Source of the DNA: a virus | Length of the DNA stretch: 60,404 nt | Reading direction: 5' to 3' (one strand) | Virus record (IMG/VR): IMGVR_UViG_3300032144_000011 | Span: 1 to 60,404 of that record | Shown here: positions 43,081 to 51,701 of the stretch, piece by piece | Layout of the letters: the number at the start of each line of letters is the position of its first letter | Position numbering within the stretch: the stretch's first letter is position 1 | Notes under the pieces: generated by a model | What the model saw: only the letters and a program-made list of their open reading frames with translations | Database searches by the model: none | Told to the model about the DNA's origin: nothing | Program-made: the position numbers and the translations under genes

Positions 43081-43515
43081 TTAAAGCAGGCCGACGACGA
43101 GCGATGCGGCCGGGAAGCGGATGACGTCGCCGTCGCCGGCCGTCTTCGGCGTGGTCAGCGGGCCATGGAACAGCGGATTGCCGCCGCCCACGGTCGAGCC
43201 GCTGTGCGTGATGGCGTCGTGGATCTTCATGGCGACCGCCTCCGACCATGCGCCGCCGTCGGCCGCCTCGAAGGCCCATTCCTGGTCGTTGTCGGTGAAG
43301 CCGCCCGCCGCGACCGCGAAGGTGCGGCCCGTGGCGTGCTCGATCTCCAGCCGGGCATAGGCGAAGGTGGCGGCCAGCTCGGTGCCGCCGGTGCTGTCGT
43401 TGGTCGGCGTAGAGTAGAGCGCCAGGCCCAGCGTCGTCGGCGGGGTGTAGTCCGCGTCCTTCAGCACATGGTCGAGCAGCTCGGACGCGAGGAAATCGGC
43501 GAGATTGTTGGCCAT
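43081..43515 (-). CDS. Hypothetical structural protein (144 aa)
   Basis: Track ORF. The N-terminal MANNLADFLASELLDHVLKDADYTPPTTLGLALYS pattern is a recurrent uncharacterised phage family (recollection). Confidence 0.65.
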   Translation of the reverse strand: MANNLADFLASELLDHVLKDADYTPPTTLGLALYSTPTNDSTGGTELAATFAYARLEIEHATGRTFAVAAGGFTDNDQEWAFEAADGGAWSEAVAMKIHDAITHSGSTVGGGNPLFHGPLTTPKTAGDGDVIRFPAASLVVGLL

Positions 43516-43857
43516 TTAACGGACCCTCCGAAGCGGCTTGTGAGCGTTGGGGCGGCGGCCGTGCATCATGCCGTCCTCGACCGGACACCAGGTGCCGCAC
43601 TTGACGCACTCGATGCGCCGGATGACGCAGGCGCCCTTGTGCTGGCCGAGCAGCGGGGAGACGATGACCTTGAAGCCGACGAAATTGCAGTTCGGGCAGC
43701 TTGCCGGCAGGCGTTCCAGGTGCGGCAGGAACAGCGACGTCGCCAGCTTGAGCGTGGGCGGCGCCTTCTCGACGGCGGCGGCGGGGTCGGGCGCCTGGAC
43801 GGCAGCCACCAGCGTCCCGGCCGGGCGCAGCCTGGCGCCGGTGTCATGGATGGTCAT
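43516..43857 (-). CDS. Zinc-ribbon protein (113 aa)
   Basis: Track ORF. CPNC...C...CVKC. ATGA overlap with the upstream gene. Confidence 0.5.
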   Translation of the reverse strand: MTIHDTGARLRPAGTLVAAVQAPDPAAAVEKAPPTLKLATSLFLPHLERLPASCPNCNFVGFKVIVSPLLGQHKGACVIRRIECVKCGTWCPVEDGMMHGRRPNAHKPLRRVR

Positions 43858-44183
43858 GGCGCCTGCCGCAGCCGCAGGGCGAGCACGACGCCACCCTCGG
43901 AATCGGGCCGCACGTCGGTAACGGCAAACTCCGTGCCGCGGATGTCGACCCGGTCGCCCGGGGCGACGGCGCCCACGGCGTCGCGGCGGCAGGCCACGCT
44001 GATCTGGTAGTCCGAGATCGCCACGTTGCCGTCGCCGATCAGCTCGTAGTAGCGCGCGTCGAACACGCCCTCGACCTCGACCGCCGCGTCGCCCGCGCGC
44101 GTCAGCGTGAAGCTCTCGCCGAAGACCGAATTGATGGCGTCGGTCAGGCCGTCGAAGAGCGCTAGACCCGTAGGCTGCGGCAT
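43854..44183 (-). CDS. Head-tail connector / head completion protein
   Basis: Track ORF 43854..44258 trimmed to ATG 44181-44183. FDGLTDAINSVFGESFTL...VEGVFDARYYEL...GDRVDIRGTEFAVTDVRPDSEGGVVLAL matches the head-tail joining pattern. Confidence 0.7.
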   Translation of the reverse strand: MPQPTGLALFDGLTDAINSVFGESFTLTRAGDAAVEVEGVFDARYYELIGDGNVAISDYQISVACRRDAVGAVAPGDRVDIRGTEFAVTDVRPDSEGGVVLALRLRQAP

Positions 44184-45181
44184 TCGAACACTGTCTCCTT
44201 GGCGTCCGCGTGGGACTCCTGCACGATCGGGAAGACCACGCCGAGCTGCCGCCGCCACCAGTGGGCGCTGCGGCGCACGACGATGTCGGCGCCCGCCGTG
44301 CGGACGCGCACCCGGATCTCGGCCTTGCGGGCCAGGTCGGTGATCGCGTGCGCGACCTCCATGGGGTTGGCGCGCAACTCGAGCCCGGTCACTTCCTCGA
44401 GCTTCGGGTCCGGGGCGGGCCGCTCGACAATGACCGGCGCCTCTTCCGCCTCAGCCGCCGGCGCGGGAGCGGCGGCTTCCGCCGGCGCTTCCGGCTCATG
44501 GTCCGGGGCGGCCTCGGGCTCGTCTACCCGGTGATCCTGCTCGAAAACGGCTCTGCGTGGCGTCCTGGCCAAGACTTCCTCCAACGTGGTTTTCGGGAAA
44601 CAGTTCAGCGCGGAGCCCGGATAGCAGTTGAGCACGGTCACCCCGTGCTGCTGCAGCGGCGCCGCCATGCGCGCGATCGCCGGCATGAAGCGCTGCTCGT
44701 AGGCTTTGTCCTTGACGGCGCGGCGCGGCCGGCCGTCCCAGTTCTCGCCCTTCATGTCGAAGCCGAGCAGGACGATCGGGTCGCAGCCGAACAGGAAGGC
44801 GAGGTTGAGGCTGTTGCCGCCGGAGCAGACGCCGCCCAGCTTCGTCGGGTCGGTCGACAGCCCCATCTTCTGATCGCTGATCAGCACCTTGACGTCGTGG
44901 CCCTGGGCCCGGCTCACCGGGCCGCGCGTGACCTTGAACGGCCCCTTGTGCAGATGCAGCCGCGGGCCGTTCGCCGGGTGCTTGCTGTCGCCGTCGCACC
45001 AGAACTTGTCCGCCCAGTAGAGCACGTCCGCCCAGGGCGCCATCGTCAGCCCGGCTTCCTTGATGGCGATGACCCGCCCGCGGCCGCGCAGGACCGCCGC
45101 GTCGAAGCCCCGGAGCGAGGATCCGCCGCCGATGATGAAACAGGGCTGCCCGGCCCAGAGGCGCGGCACGGACCAGGTCAT
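44162..45181 (-). CDS. DUF115/Maf-like (MptE-like) putative glycosyltransferase with Pro/Ala/Glu linker and C-terminal domain
   Basis: Track ORF of 339 aa. PCFIIGGGSSLRGFD...VIAIKEAG...ADVLYWADKFW and GGNSLNLAFLFGCDPIVLLGFDM follow the DUF115 pattern. Confidence 0.7.
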   Translation of the reverse strand: MTWSVPRLWAGQPCFIIGGGSSLRGFDAAVLRGRGRVIAIKEAGLTMAPWADVLYWADKFWCDGDSKHPANGPRLHLHKGPFKVTRGPVSRAQGHDVKVLISDQKMGLSTDPTKLGGVCSGGNSLNLAFLFGCDPIVLLGFDMKGENWDGRPRRAVKDKAYEQRFMPAIARMAAPLQQHGVTVLNCYPGSALNCFPKTTLEEVLARTPRRAVFEQDHRVDEPEAAPDHEPEAPAEAAAPAPAAEAEEAPVIVERPAPDPKLEEVTGLELRANPMEVAHAITDLARKAEIRVRVRTAGADIVVRRSAHWWRRQLGVVFPIVQESHADAKETVFECRSLRV

Positions 45182-45960
45182 TCAAGGATGCGCCACATCG
45201 TGCCGTCGATCATCTCGCGCTCGTCGAACTGGCAGTAGGCCAGCGCGGCCAGCCACGGCGCGCGGTCGGGATAGACGGGCGTCTCGATCAGCGACAGATC
45301 GGTCAGCCCCACATGCCGCGCAGCGGAAACGGGATCGACGAACACCGGCACGCCCATCACCGCGGCCTCGACGGCGGCGATCGAGCCGTGCGTCACCAGC
45401 GCGTGCGCGCCGCGCAGCGCCTGGTCCAGCGGGACCGGGTCGTATTTGCGCCGCACGACGACCGCGCGATCCGTCAAGTCCTTGAGGATCTCCAGCGTCG
45501 CGTCGAGCCAACCCTCGATGCCGTGAAACCGCGCGTAGGTATCGGTCGGCGCGGCGACGACGATATGGCTGCCCGCCGCCCGCCAGGGGCGGACCGGCAG
45601 CATCAGCTTTTGCAGCCGGTCGGGCGGCCGGGGCCGCAGCGTCTCCATCTGCCAGGCCGACCGGTGCCAACGCCAGTAGCCGTGCCCGGGGTCCTGGCCG
45701 AGCCCCGCCGCCGCCATCCGCCCGCGCCGGAGATAGCCGCGGTCGATGTAGAGGAAGGGGCGCCCCGCCGCCGCCCACGCCGCGAAGAGCGGGCGCATCT
45801 CGGGGAAGCATTCCGACGCCGGGATCAGGTCCGTCTGCGCCATCGCTTCGACCCGGCGGACGATGCGCCCCATGCGCGCGCCCACCTGGTCGAACAGGCG
45901 GCGCTTCTGCCCCTTCCGCGCCTGCGGGACGTAAAGCGCGACCGACTGCGGATCGATCAT
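45178..45960 (-). CDS. Putative glycosyltransferase (GT-B C-terminal-like)
   Basis: Track ORF 45178..46161 trimmed to ATG 45958-45960. ATGA overlaps at both ends. ...ALVTHGSIAAVEAAVMGVPVFV... resembles GT-B/capsule-synthesis enzymes. Weak assignment. Confidence 0.55.
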   Translation of the reverse strand: MIDPQSVALYVPQARKGQKRRLFDQVGARMGRIVRRVEAMAQTDLIPASECFPEMRPLFAAWAAAGRPFLYIDRGYLRRGRMAAAGLGQDPGHGYWRWHRSAWQMETLRPRPPDRLQKLMLPVRPWRAAGSHIVVAAPTDTYARFHGIEGWLDATLEILKDLTDRAVVVRRKYDPVPLDQALRGAHALVTHGSIAAVEAAVMGVPVFVDPVSAARHVGLTDLSLIETPVYPDRAPWLAALAYCQFDEREMIDGTMWRILE

Positions 45961-46544
45961 CCGCCTACGCGCCGCTGCCAGACCGTGCGGTGCCCCTTGT
46001 GGCCCGAGGTCGGGCCGATGTCCGGCAGCGCCGTGAAGTGGCCGCCCAGCGTGTGCCGGCCGAGGGTTCCGGCGCGGATGTCGAGGATCAGGCGGCCGCC
46101 CGGACGGAGGATGCGGCGCGCCAGCGGCAGATAGGTCTCCACCGGGTAGTGCCAGCCCCACGACAGCAGGCTGACGATGTTGTCGACCGGCGGGATGTCG
46201 GCCGCGCCGATCGGCCAGGGCTTGTAGCGCGCCACGCCGTTGAGGCGCATCATCTCCGCCGTCAGGTGCATGTCGTTGAAGGCGTCCATGTCCGGCCCGA
46301 AGCCGGTGCGCCGGTCGGCCCAGCCGGTGCCGTCCATCAGGTGCAGCATGCCGCCGCAGTGATGCGCGATCAGCGCGGACATGCCGCCGAGGCCGCAGCC
46401 GATGTCGAGCGCGTCGCCCGGCACGAGCCGGTCGCGCAGCAGGGCGAACTCGCCCTCGATCGCCGCGACGTAGCCGTCGGCGCTGGCGACCTCGCTACGC
46501 TGCTGGCGCAGGTAGCGGTCGATGCCGTCAGGCAGGACGAGCAA
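45957..46544 (-). CDS. Class I SAM-dependent methyltransferase
   Basis: Track ORF 45957..46802 trimmed to TTG 46542-46544 behind GGAGGG. Motif I ALDIGCGLGGMS, then LRPGGRLILD. Confidence 0.7.
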   Translation of the reverse strand: MLVLPDGIDRYLRQQRSEVASADGYVAAIEGEFALLRDRLVPGDALDIGCGLGGMSALIAHHCGGMLHLMDGTGWADRRTGFGPDMDAFNDMHLTAEMMRLNGVARYKPWPIGAADIPPVDNIVSLLSWGWHYPVETYLPLARRILRPGGRLILDIRAGTLGRHTLGGHFTALPDIGPTSGHKGHRTVWQRRVGG

Positions 46545-47325
46545 GCAATCCCTCCGCCGATTCCAGAACCTGCGCCGCCGTGATCTTCGCCATGGCGTCC
46601 CGGCAGTGATCGCACGGCTGCAGCGAGCCGCAGGCCGCGCCGCCGGTGAAGATGTTGACGTGGCCGTCGTAGCCGGTCGTCTTCGGATGGATGAAGCCGC
46701 CGAACAGCACGACCGCCGGGATGTTGACCGCCGCCGCCGCGTGGTGCAGCCCGCCCTCGGGGCCGATGTAGAGCGCCGCACTGGCCAGCAGGGCGGCGGC
46801 ATGGCGGAAGGTCGGCGTCGCCATCGGCCGTGCGCCGCGCACCGGCAGCGTCGTCTCGACCGGCCGCTGGAACTGCCGCACGTCGCGGCCGGCCTCCTGC
46901 AGCGCCGCGGCGACCTCGGACCAGCCGTGCCATTTCTTGTTCATCGACTGGCCCTTCGGCGGAAGGTAGCCGTCGACGATGACGAAGCCCGTCCCGAAGG
47001 CCGAAGCCCACGACCGCTCGGCCTCGTCGAAGAAGAATTCCCCCCGGGGCGGCCGGAAGCTCGCGTCGAACACGAAGCGCCGGCCGGCCTTGTGATCCGC
47101 CTTGGTGCCCTTCACGTAGCCGCGGCTGCCGCTGTAGTAGCGCCGCCACTCCAGGTCCTTCGCCCCTTCCGATCCCGGCGGGGCGACGTTCGGGTTGTTG
47201 CGGTAGATCTCCGCGCAATGCGGGCCCCAGATAATGCGCCGGCCGTCGCCGAAGGCCGTGCGCCTGCCGCGCGCTGCGGCGCCCCGCGCCATGCCGGAGC
47301 CCATGATCTCGTCGCCGATCCCCAC
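46528..47325 (-). CDS. Glycosyltransferase family 9 (heptosyltransferase-like)
   Basis: Track ORF 46528..47865 trimmed to GTG 47323-47325. GIGDEIMGSGMARG and LYIGPEGGLHHAAAAVNIPAVVLFGG match GT9 N- and C-terminal motifs. Confidence 0.7.
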   Translation of the reverse strand: MGIGDEIMGSGMARGAAARGRRTAFGDGRRIIWGPHCAEIYRNNPNVAPPGSEGAKDLEWRRYYSGSRGYVKGTKADHKAGRRFVFDASFRPPRGEFFFDEAERSWASAFGTGFVIVDGYLPPKGQSMNKKWHGWSEVAAALQEAGRDVRQFQRPVETTLPVRGARPMATPTFRHAAALLASAALYIGPEGGLHHAAAAVNIPAVVLFGGFIHPKTTGYDGHVNIFTGGAACGSLQPCDHCRDAMAKITAAQVLESAEGLLARPA

Positions 47326-47327
47326 GC

Positions 47328-48026
47328 TCAGGCGGCAGCCCAGCGGTGCAGCACCGCCCGCCACTCGTCGGCGAACTCGGCCTGCTCGAAGCCGGCGAAC
47401 CAGGGGCCCCCTAATGTGAAATGGGCAATCTTGGCGGCCGGGTCGGGCGGGTATTCGCCGATCAGGTGATTCCAGGCCTTCGGCAGCTCGCCGAGCTGCT
47501 CGTCCTTGAGCCAGCAGAAGCGGTGCAGGTCGCGGCCGGGCAGGGAGTTGACCAGGTCGACCGTCAGCTCGGCGTTGGCCGGATGCCCGCAGTTGAACAG
47601 CATCAGGCTCGACCAGTTCTTGCAGGCGTAGAGCTGCTGCGCCTGGCCGTCCATCTTCTCGCCCTCGGCCGGGGCGTAGTCGTGCTGGACGCACATCACG
47701 GCCTTGCTGTCGTCGCGGAGCGCGAACAGCTCGGCCATGGGCGCGCGCACCAGCATGTCGCAGTCCATGAACAACGCCCAGCCTCGGTAGCCGCAGAGAT
47801 AAGGCACCAGGAAGCGGCTGATGGCGAATTGCGTGGCGCAGTAGGCGCCGGAAATGTCGTCCCACATCCGGCCCAGCTTGGTCCGCGTCGGCCGGCGGTA
47901 GAGCCCGCGCGCGCGCAGGTCGTCCAGCACCAGCCCGTGCACCGGCACGCCGGGGTCGAGATGGCGCCAGAGCGACGCGCGCGTGACGGCGAACGCCGCC
48001 GCCTCGCGCGGGTCGAAGCCGATCAT
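47328..48026 (-). CDS. Glycosyltransferase family 8-like (DxD)
   Basis: Track ORF 47328..48083 trimmed to ATG 48024-48026. ALFMDCDMLV (DxD), NWSSLMLFNCGH, WNHL, IAHFTLGGPWF follow the GT8 pattern. Confidence 0.75.
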   Translation of the reverse strand: MIGFDPREAAAFAVTRASLWRHLDPGVPVHGLVLDDLRARGLYRRPTRTKLGRMWDDISGAYCATQFAISRFLVPYLCGYRGWALFMDCDMLVRAPMAELFALRDDSKAVMCVQHDYAPAEGEKMDGQAQQLYACKNWSSLMLFNCGHPANAELTVDLVNSLPGRDLHRFCWLKDEQLGELPKAWNHLIGEYPPDPAAKIAHFTLGGPWFAGFEQAEFADEWRAVLHRWAAA

Positions 48027-48508
48027 CACTTGCACGGAAGATGCCTCCAGGTGCGACCGGAACGAATATTCGTGATCGCGCACCGCGTGACGCCGAAGTC
48101 GGCAGCCACGAGAGGCGCAGGCCGCGTATCTTTCCGAATCTTCAGTACTTGCGCCGCAGTGAGCTTACCCATGCGGGCGCTCTCACCGCATGGACCGGCA
48201 TGTGCCCGTCGACCCTTCTCGGTCATGTCGGACATGTTGTCGTACTGCGTTCCGAGGAAGAGATGATCCGGATTGACGCAGGAACGGACATCGCACTTAT
48301 GCAAGACCTGTAGTCCTTCGGGAATCGGCCCGAAATGGATTGTCCAAGACCAGCGATGCGCATATCCCTCGCCGTAAAGCCGCCGAGAACACACGCCATA
48401 TCCGTGATGATAGAGGGCGCGTGTCCACAGCCAGCAACCGCTATTAGGTTCCGGGATATATCGATGATCGAATGGAATTCGTCGCGCCGATTGATCATAC
48501 CAAACCAT
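48026..48508 (-). CDS. HNH homing endonuclease
   Basis: Track ORF 48026..48646 trimmed to ATG 48506-48508. GCWLW...GYG...HRWSW...VLHKCDVRSCVNPDHLFLGTQYDNMSDM is the HNH_3 pattern. Visibly AT-richer than its neighbours. Confidence 0.8.
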   Translation of the reverse strand: MVWYDQSARRIPFDHRYIPEPNSGCWLWTRALYHHGYGVCSRRLYGEGYAHRWSWTIHFGPIPEGLQVLHKCDVRSCVNPDHLFLGTQYDNMSDMTEKGRRAHAGPCGESARMGKLTAAQVLKIRKDTRPAPLVAADFGVTRCAITNIRSGRTWRHLPCK

Positions 48509-48527
48509 CGGCAACCTGCCTCTCGGC

Positions 48528-49544
48528 CTAGTTGCTGGTCGTCGCCCGCAGCAGCATCTCGGGACGGGTGCAGATGTGGAGCGGGTAGGAATACTGCTCC
48601 GTCCGCACCCACTGGTTCCGGTGCAGATCGCGGACGATCTGGCCATAGACCGGCCGGCCCGGCGTGTTGACGAAGTCGAAGGACTCGGCCGGGCTGTAGG
48701 CGACCTTGAAGACGCCCGGCGCGTTGACCGGGAAGAACTTCGCCTTGCCGGTCGCGACCGCGATGGTCGTGCCGTCGTCCGTCCCGCGGTAATTGTGCCA
48801 CATGATGCCGCCGAACGGGAACGACCGGAAGGCGAGGTTCTGCCGCAGCTCCTGCGCGGCCGCCCAGTTGAGATAGGTGTCGCGCACCAGCGCGTGGTTG
48901 ATCAGCTTGTCGTAGAACGAGTCCTCGGCCAGCGCATGGACTTCCGTCGCCGGCGTCCAGGCGCCCTTCGACGCCACCTGCATCGCGCGGGTGATCGCGT
49001 GGCACTTGCCGCGGATGTCGGTCGTCGCCGTGCCGAGCACGAAGTCGACCTCAGCCGCCTGGGCGATGCTCCACTCGGTGAACCAGTTGCGGATGGTCGA
49101 ACCGTCGGCGTCGAGCACGATGCCCTGGATGGCGCCAAAGCGCATGTTCTCGTGCGTCAGCTCGATGTCCGTGCGGATGCGCATGTTGCGCCGGGCCACC
49201 TCGGCCTGCACGCCCATCATCTCCGATTCCGTGCCGAAGGCGCGGATGCCCTGGATCTCGTGGGCGTAGAGCGTGTCGCCCTTGGCGATGCGCACGGTGT
49301 TGAAATTGCGGACGTCGCGCTTCTCGACGGTCCACTCGTCCAGCGGCGCGCCGCGCTGCGACGTTTGGATCAGCGACAGCACGCTCTCGCGCTTCTCGAT
49401 CGAGATATGCGTCGTCGAGACGGGCACCGGCTCGAAAATGCCGAGAGAGCCCAGGAACTGCGGCACGTAGGGCGTCTTTTCCACCGCCCCGGTCATCGAC
49501 ACCATGTTGAAGGCGTCGTCGTTGAAGATGTCCATGTGGGCCAT
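48528..49544 (-). CDS. Major capsid protein, lambda gpE family
   Basis: Track ORF of 338 aa. MDIFNDDAFNMVSMTGAVEKTPYVPQFLGSLGIFE...IEKRESVLSLIQTSQRGAP... matches the Phage_cap_E pattern. Confidence 0.9.
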   Translation of the reverse strand: MAHMDIFNDDAFNMVSMTGAVEKTPYVPQFLGSLGIFEPVPVSTTHISIEKRESVLSLIQTSQRGAPLDEWTVEKRDVRNFNTVRIAKGDTLYAHEIQGIRAFGTESEMMGVQAEVARRNMRIRTDIELTHENMRFGAIQGIVLDADGSTIRNWFTEWSIAQAAEVDFVLGTATTDIRGKCHAITRAMQVASKGAWTPATEVHALAEDSFYDKLINHALVRDTYLNWAAAQELRQNLAFRSFPFGGIMWHNYRGTDDGTTIAVATGKAKFFPVNAPGVFKVAYSPAESFDFVNTPGRPVYGQIVRDLHRNQWVRTEQYSYPLHICTRPEMLLRATTSN

Positions 49545-49609
49545 AGGGGCCTCCTGCGAACAGGGTTACGGGAAGCCGCGGCGGGTCCGCCGGGCGGGGA
49601 TTGCCGCTA

Positions 49610-50008
49610 TCAGCGGACGATGATCTTGAGCTCGGCCAGTGCCGCGTTGATGAGCGTCTTGCCCGTCTCCGCCGTGTTGTCGCCGGACGGATAGGTCAGC
49701 TCGCTGCCGTTCACCTCGGCGTCGCGGGCGATGTAGACGCAGCCGGCGACGTCCGCGCCGGCGTGCGGGCCGGCGGTCGAGGCGTCGACGTTGTCCCACA
49801 TGATGCCCTCGGGGGCCGTGATCAGCGCGGTGGCGGCGGTGTTCGTCAGAATGTCCTTCGCCACCAGCTTGCCGGCCGAGAGCTGGACGACCTGGCCGGC
49901 GACGAGATTCTGCCCGGCTGCGACGATGCCGGTCTTGCGCGAGCGCGTGCCGTTGGCCTCGGAGACGAGGAACTCGGCCGCGTGCTTGCCTTCGGTGAGT
50001 ACGGTCAT
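49610..50008 (-). CDS. Head decoration protein (gpD-like)
   Basis: Track ORF of 132 aa, immediately upstream of the gpE-type capsid gene. Confidence 0.75.
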   Translation of the reverse strand: MTVLTEGKHAAEFLVSEANGTRSRKTGIVAAGQNLVAGQVVQLSAGKLVAKDILTNTAATALITAPEGIMWDNVDASTAGPHAGADVAGCVYIARDAEVNGSELTYPSGDNTAETGKTLINAALAELKIIVR

Positions 50009-50103
50009 GGGATCAGGCCCTCCTTACGGCCGGATTGGGGTCTCGGAAACGGGGAAAGGGCGGCGTCCGCCGAAGTTTCGGCGAAGGCGGGAGCGAAGGC
50101 GGA

Positions 50104-50775
50104 CTAGTGTTTCGGCGTCTGCGGCAATTTGAAATCGCTGGCGAGTTTTTCCATTACCTTGTCCCAGCCGTAGTTTCCGGCCGGGGTGAGCCCGTTGCCT
50201 CCACCGCCGTTTGCGGTGTGCCGGGCGGCGATCTCGGGCGACTGCATGCTGACCAGCTTGTCGAACAGCACCGTCTTGGCGTGCGCCTTCGACGCGCCGG
50301 CGGCGATCAGGTTGTCGGCTTCCTTCGGGTCGATCGCCGGGTTGATCTTGCGGGCGAGCCCGACCATCTGGCGGATATCGCCGGCCGCGTCGATGCGGTC
50401 ACGCGCCTGCGCCAAGGTCAGGCCTTCCTTGACCAGCGCCGCGGCCAGTTTGGGCACGCCGGCATCGGCGCAGAGCTCGATGATGGCGGGCGCGTCGACC
50501 TGCGCCTGGGCGCTCTGGATAACGAGCGCTGCGGCCGCCGCCTTATCCATATTCTCGTCGTCGTCCTTCGGGCAGTCCTTGCCCTCGGCCGCCTTCCTGT
50601 CGGCTTCCGCCTTGTCGGCCTCGGCCTTTTTCTTTTTCTCGGACTCCTCGTCCTCGGCCGCCTTCCTGTCGGCGTCCGCCTTGGCCTTCGCGGCGGCTTC
50701 CGCCTCGAGACGCTTCTTCTCGGTGGCTTCGGCTTCCGCCTTCTGGGCCGCGGCGCGGCTCATGACTCCGCTCAT
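50104..50775 (-). CDS. Scaffolding-like protein (K/E/A-rich coiled coil)
   Basis: Track ORF 50104..50958 trimmed to ATG 50773-50775 behind GAGGAGAAAG. Lies between protease and decoration genes. Has an internal ~68-bp imperfect duplication in the charged region. Confidence 0.65.
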   Translation of the reverse strand: MSGVMSRAAAQKAEAEATEKKRLEAEAAAKAKADADRKAAEDEESEKKKKAEADKAEADRKAAEGKDCPKDDDENMDKAAAAALVIQSAQAQVDAPAIIELCADAGVPKLAAALVKEGLTLAQARDRIDAAGDIRQMVGLARKINPAIDPKEADNLIAAGASKAHAKTVLFDKLVSMQSPEIAARHTANGGGGNGLTPAGNYGWDKVMEKLASDFKLPQTPKH

Positions 50776-50789
50776 CGCTTTCTCCTCGG

Positions 50790-51701
50790 TTAGATCGCCC
50801 GCATCAGGGGCTGGGAGGCGCGCGTCTCCGCCGCCAGTTGCTCGATCACCTCGTCGGGCGGCAGGACACCCTCGGCGAAGCCGACGTCGACCGCGGCCTG
50901 GCCCATGAAGATGTCCGCCTCGGTCGCCCGCACGGCCTTCTCGCTCATGCCGCGCCACAGCGCGATCCGGCCGGCGAAGATGTCGTAGACCGCGTCGATC
51001 TCCGCCTGGAAGCGCTCCGCCACCGCCGGCGGCAGGTCCTGGAACGGGTTGCCGTCGGCCTTGCGCGCGCCGGCCTGGATGATGGTCGGCTTGACGCCTT
51101 CCATGGCCAGCGCGTCCTCGAAACTGAAATGCACCATGACGACGCCGACCGAGCCGACGCCCGCCGTCTCCGACGCGAGCCAGACCTGCTCGCAGGCCGC
51201 GGCGATGATGTAGCCGGCGCTGAACGCCATCTCGTCCGAGATCGCCACGACGGGCTTGACGTCGCGCGCGGCAAAGATGCGGTCGCCGAGCTGGAAGGCG
51301 CCGTGCACCTCGCCGCCGGCGGAGTGCAGGTCGAACAGGATGCCGCCGACGTCGCGGTCCTCGACCGCGGCCTGGAGCTGCGCGCCGATGCCGTCGTAGC
51401 CCATGACGCCCGACGATTCCCCGACGTAGCGCTGCCGGTGCATCAGGCTGCCGGTGACCTCGATCACCGCCAGCCCGGTCGACGGGTCGTAGAGGAACGG
51501 CTTCTCGCCGTAGCGCGAGAAGCCCTCGCGCATGCGGCGCTCCTGCACCGGTCCCGCCATGGGCGAGGGATCCGGCAGGTCGATGTCGAGCTTCAGCCCG
51601 GCATGGCGCAGCACCACGCCGGCGACCGTCGCCGCCTTGCCGGGATGGGCCAGCAGCGGCGTGTTGAGCAGCCGCTCGAGGATCAGCGGGTAGCTACGCA
51701 T
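50790..51701 (-). CDS. S49-family head maturation protease (gpC-like)
   Basis: Track ORF 50790..51749. ATG 51699-51701 is preferred. ...AISDEMAFSAGYIIAAACEQVWLASETAGVGSVGVV... is the S49/SppA serine motif. Confidence 0.85.
   Translation of the reverse strand: MRSYPLILERLLNTPLLAHPGKAATVAGVVLRHAGLKLDIDLPDPSPMAGPVQERRMREGFSRYGEKPFLYDPSTGLAVIEVTGSLMHRQRYVGESSGVMGYDGIGAQLQAAVEDRDVGGILFDLHSAGGEVHGAFQLGDRIFAARDVKPVVAISDEMAFSAGYIIAAACEQVWLASETAGVGSVGVVMVHFSFEDALAMEGVKPTIIQAGARKADGNPFQDLPPAVAERFQAEIDAVYDIFAGRIALWRGMSEKAVRATEADIFMGQAAVDVGFAEGVLPPDEVIEQLAAETRASQPLMRAI

Noticed and set aside
50585-50695. An imperfect ~68-bp direct duplication (ctcggccgccttcctgtcggc.tccgccttg...) as a regulatory repeat.
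   Set aside because: It lies inside the K/E/A-rich coiled-coil region of the scaffold-like ORF and keeps the frame. It is most simply a low-complexity coding duplication.
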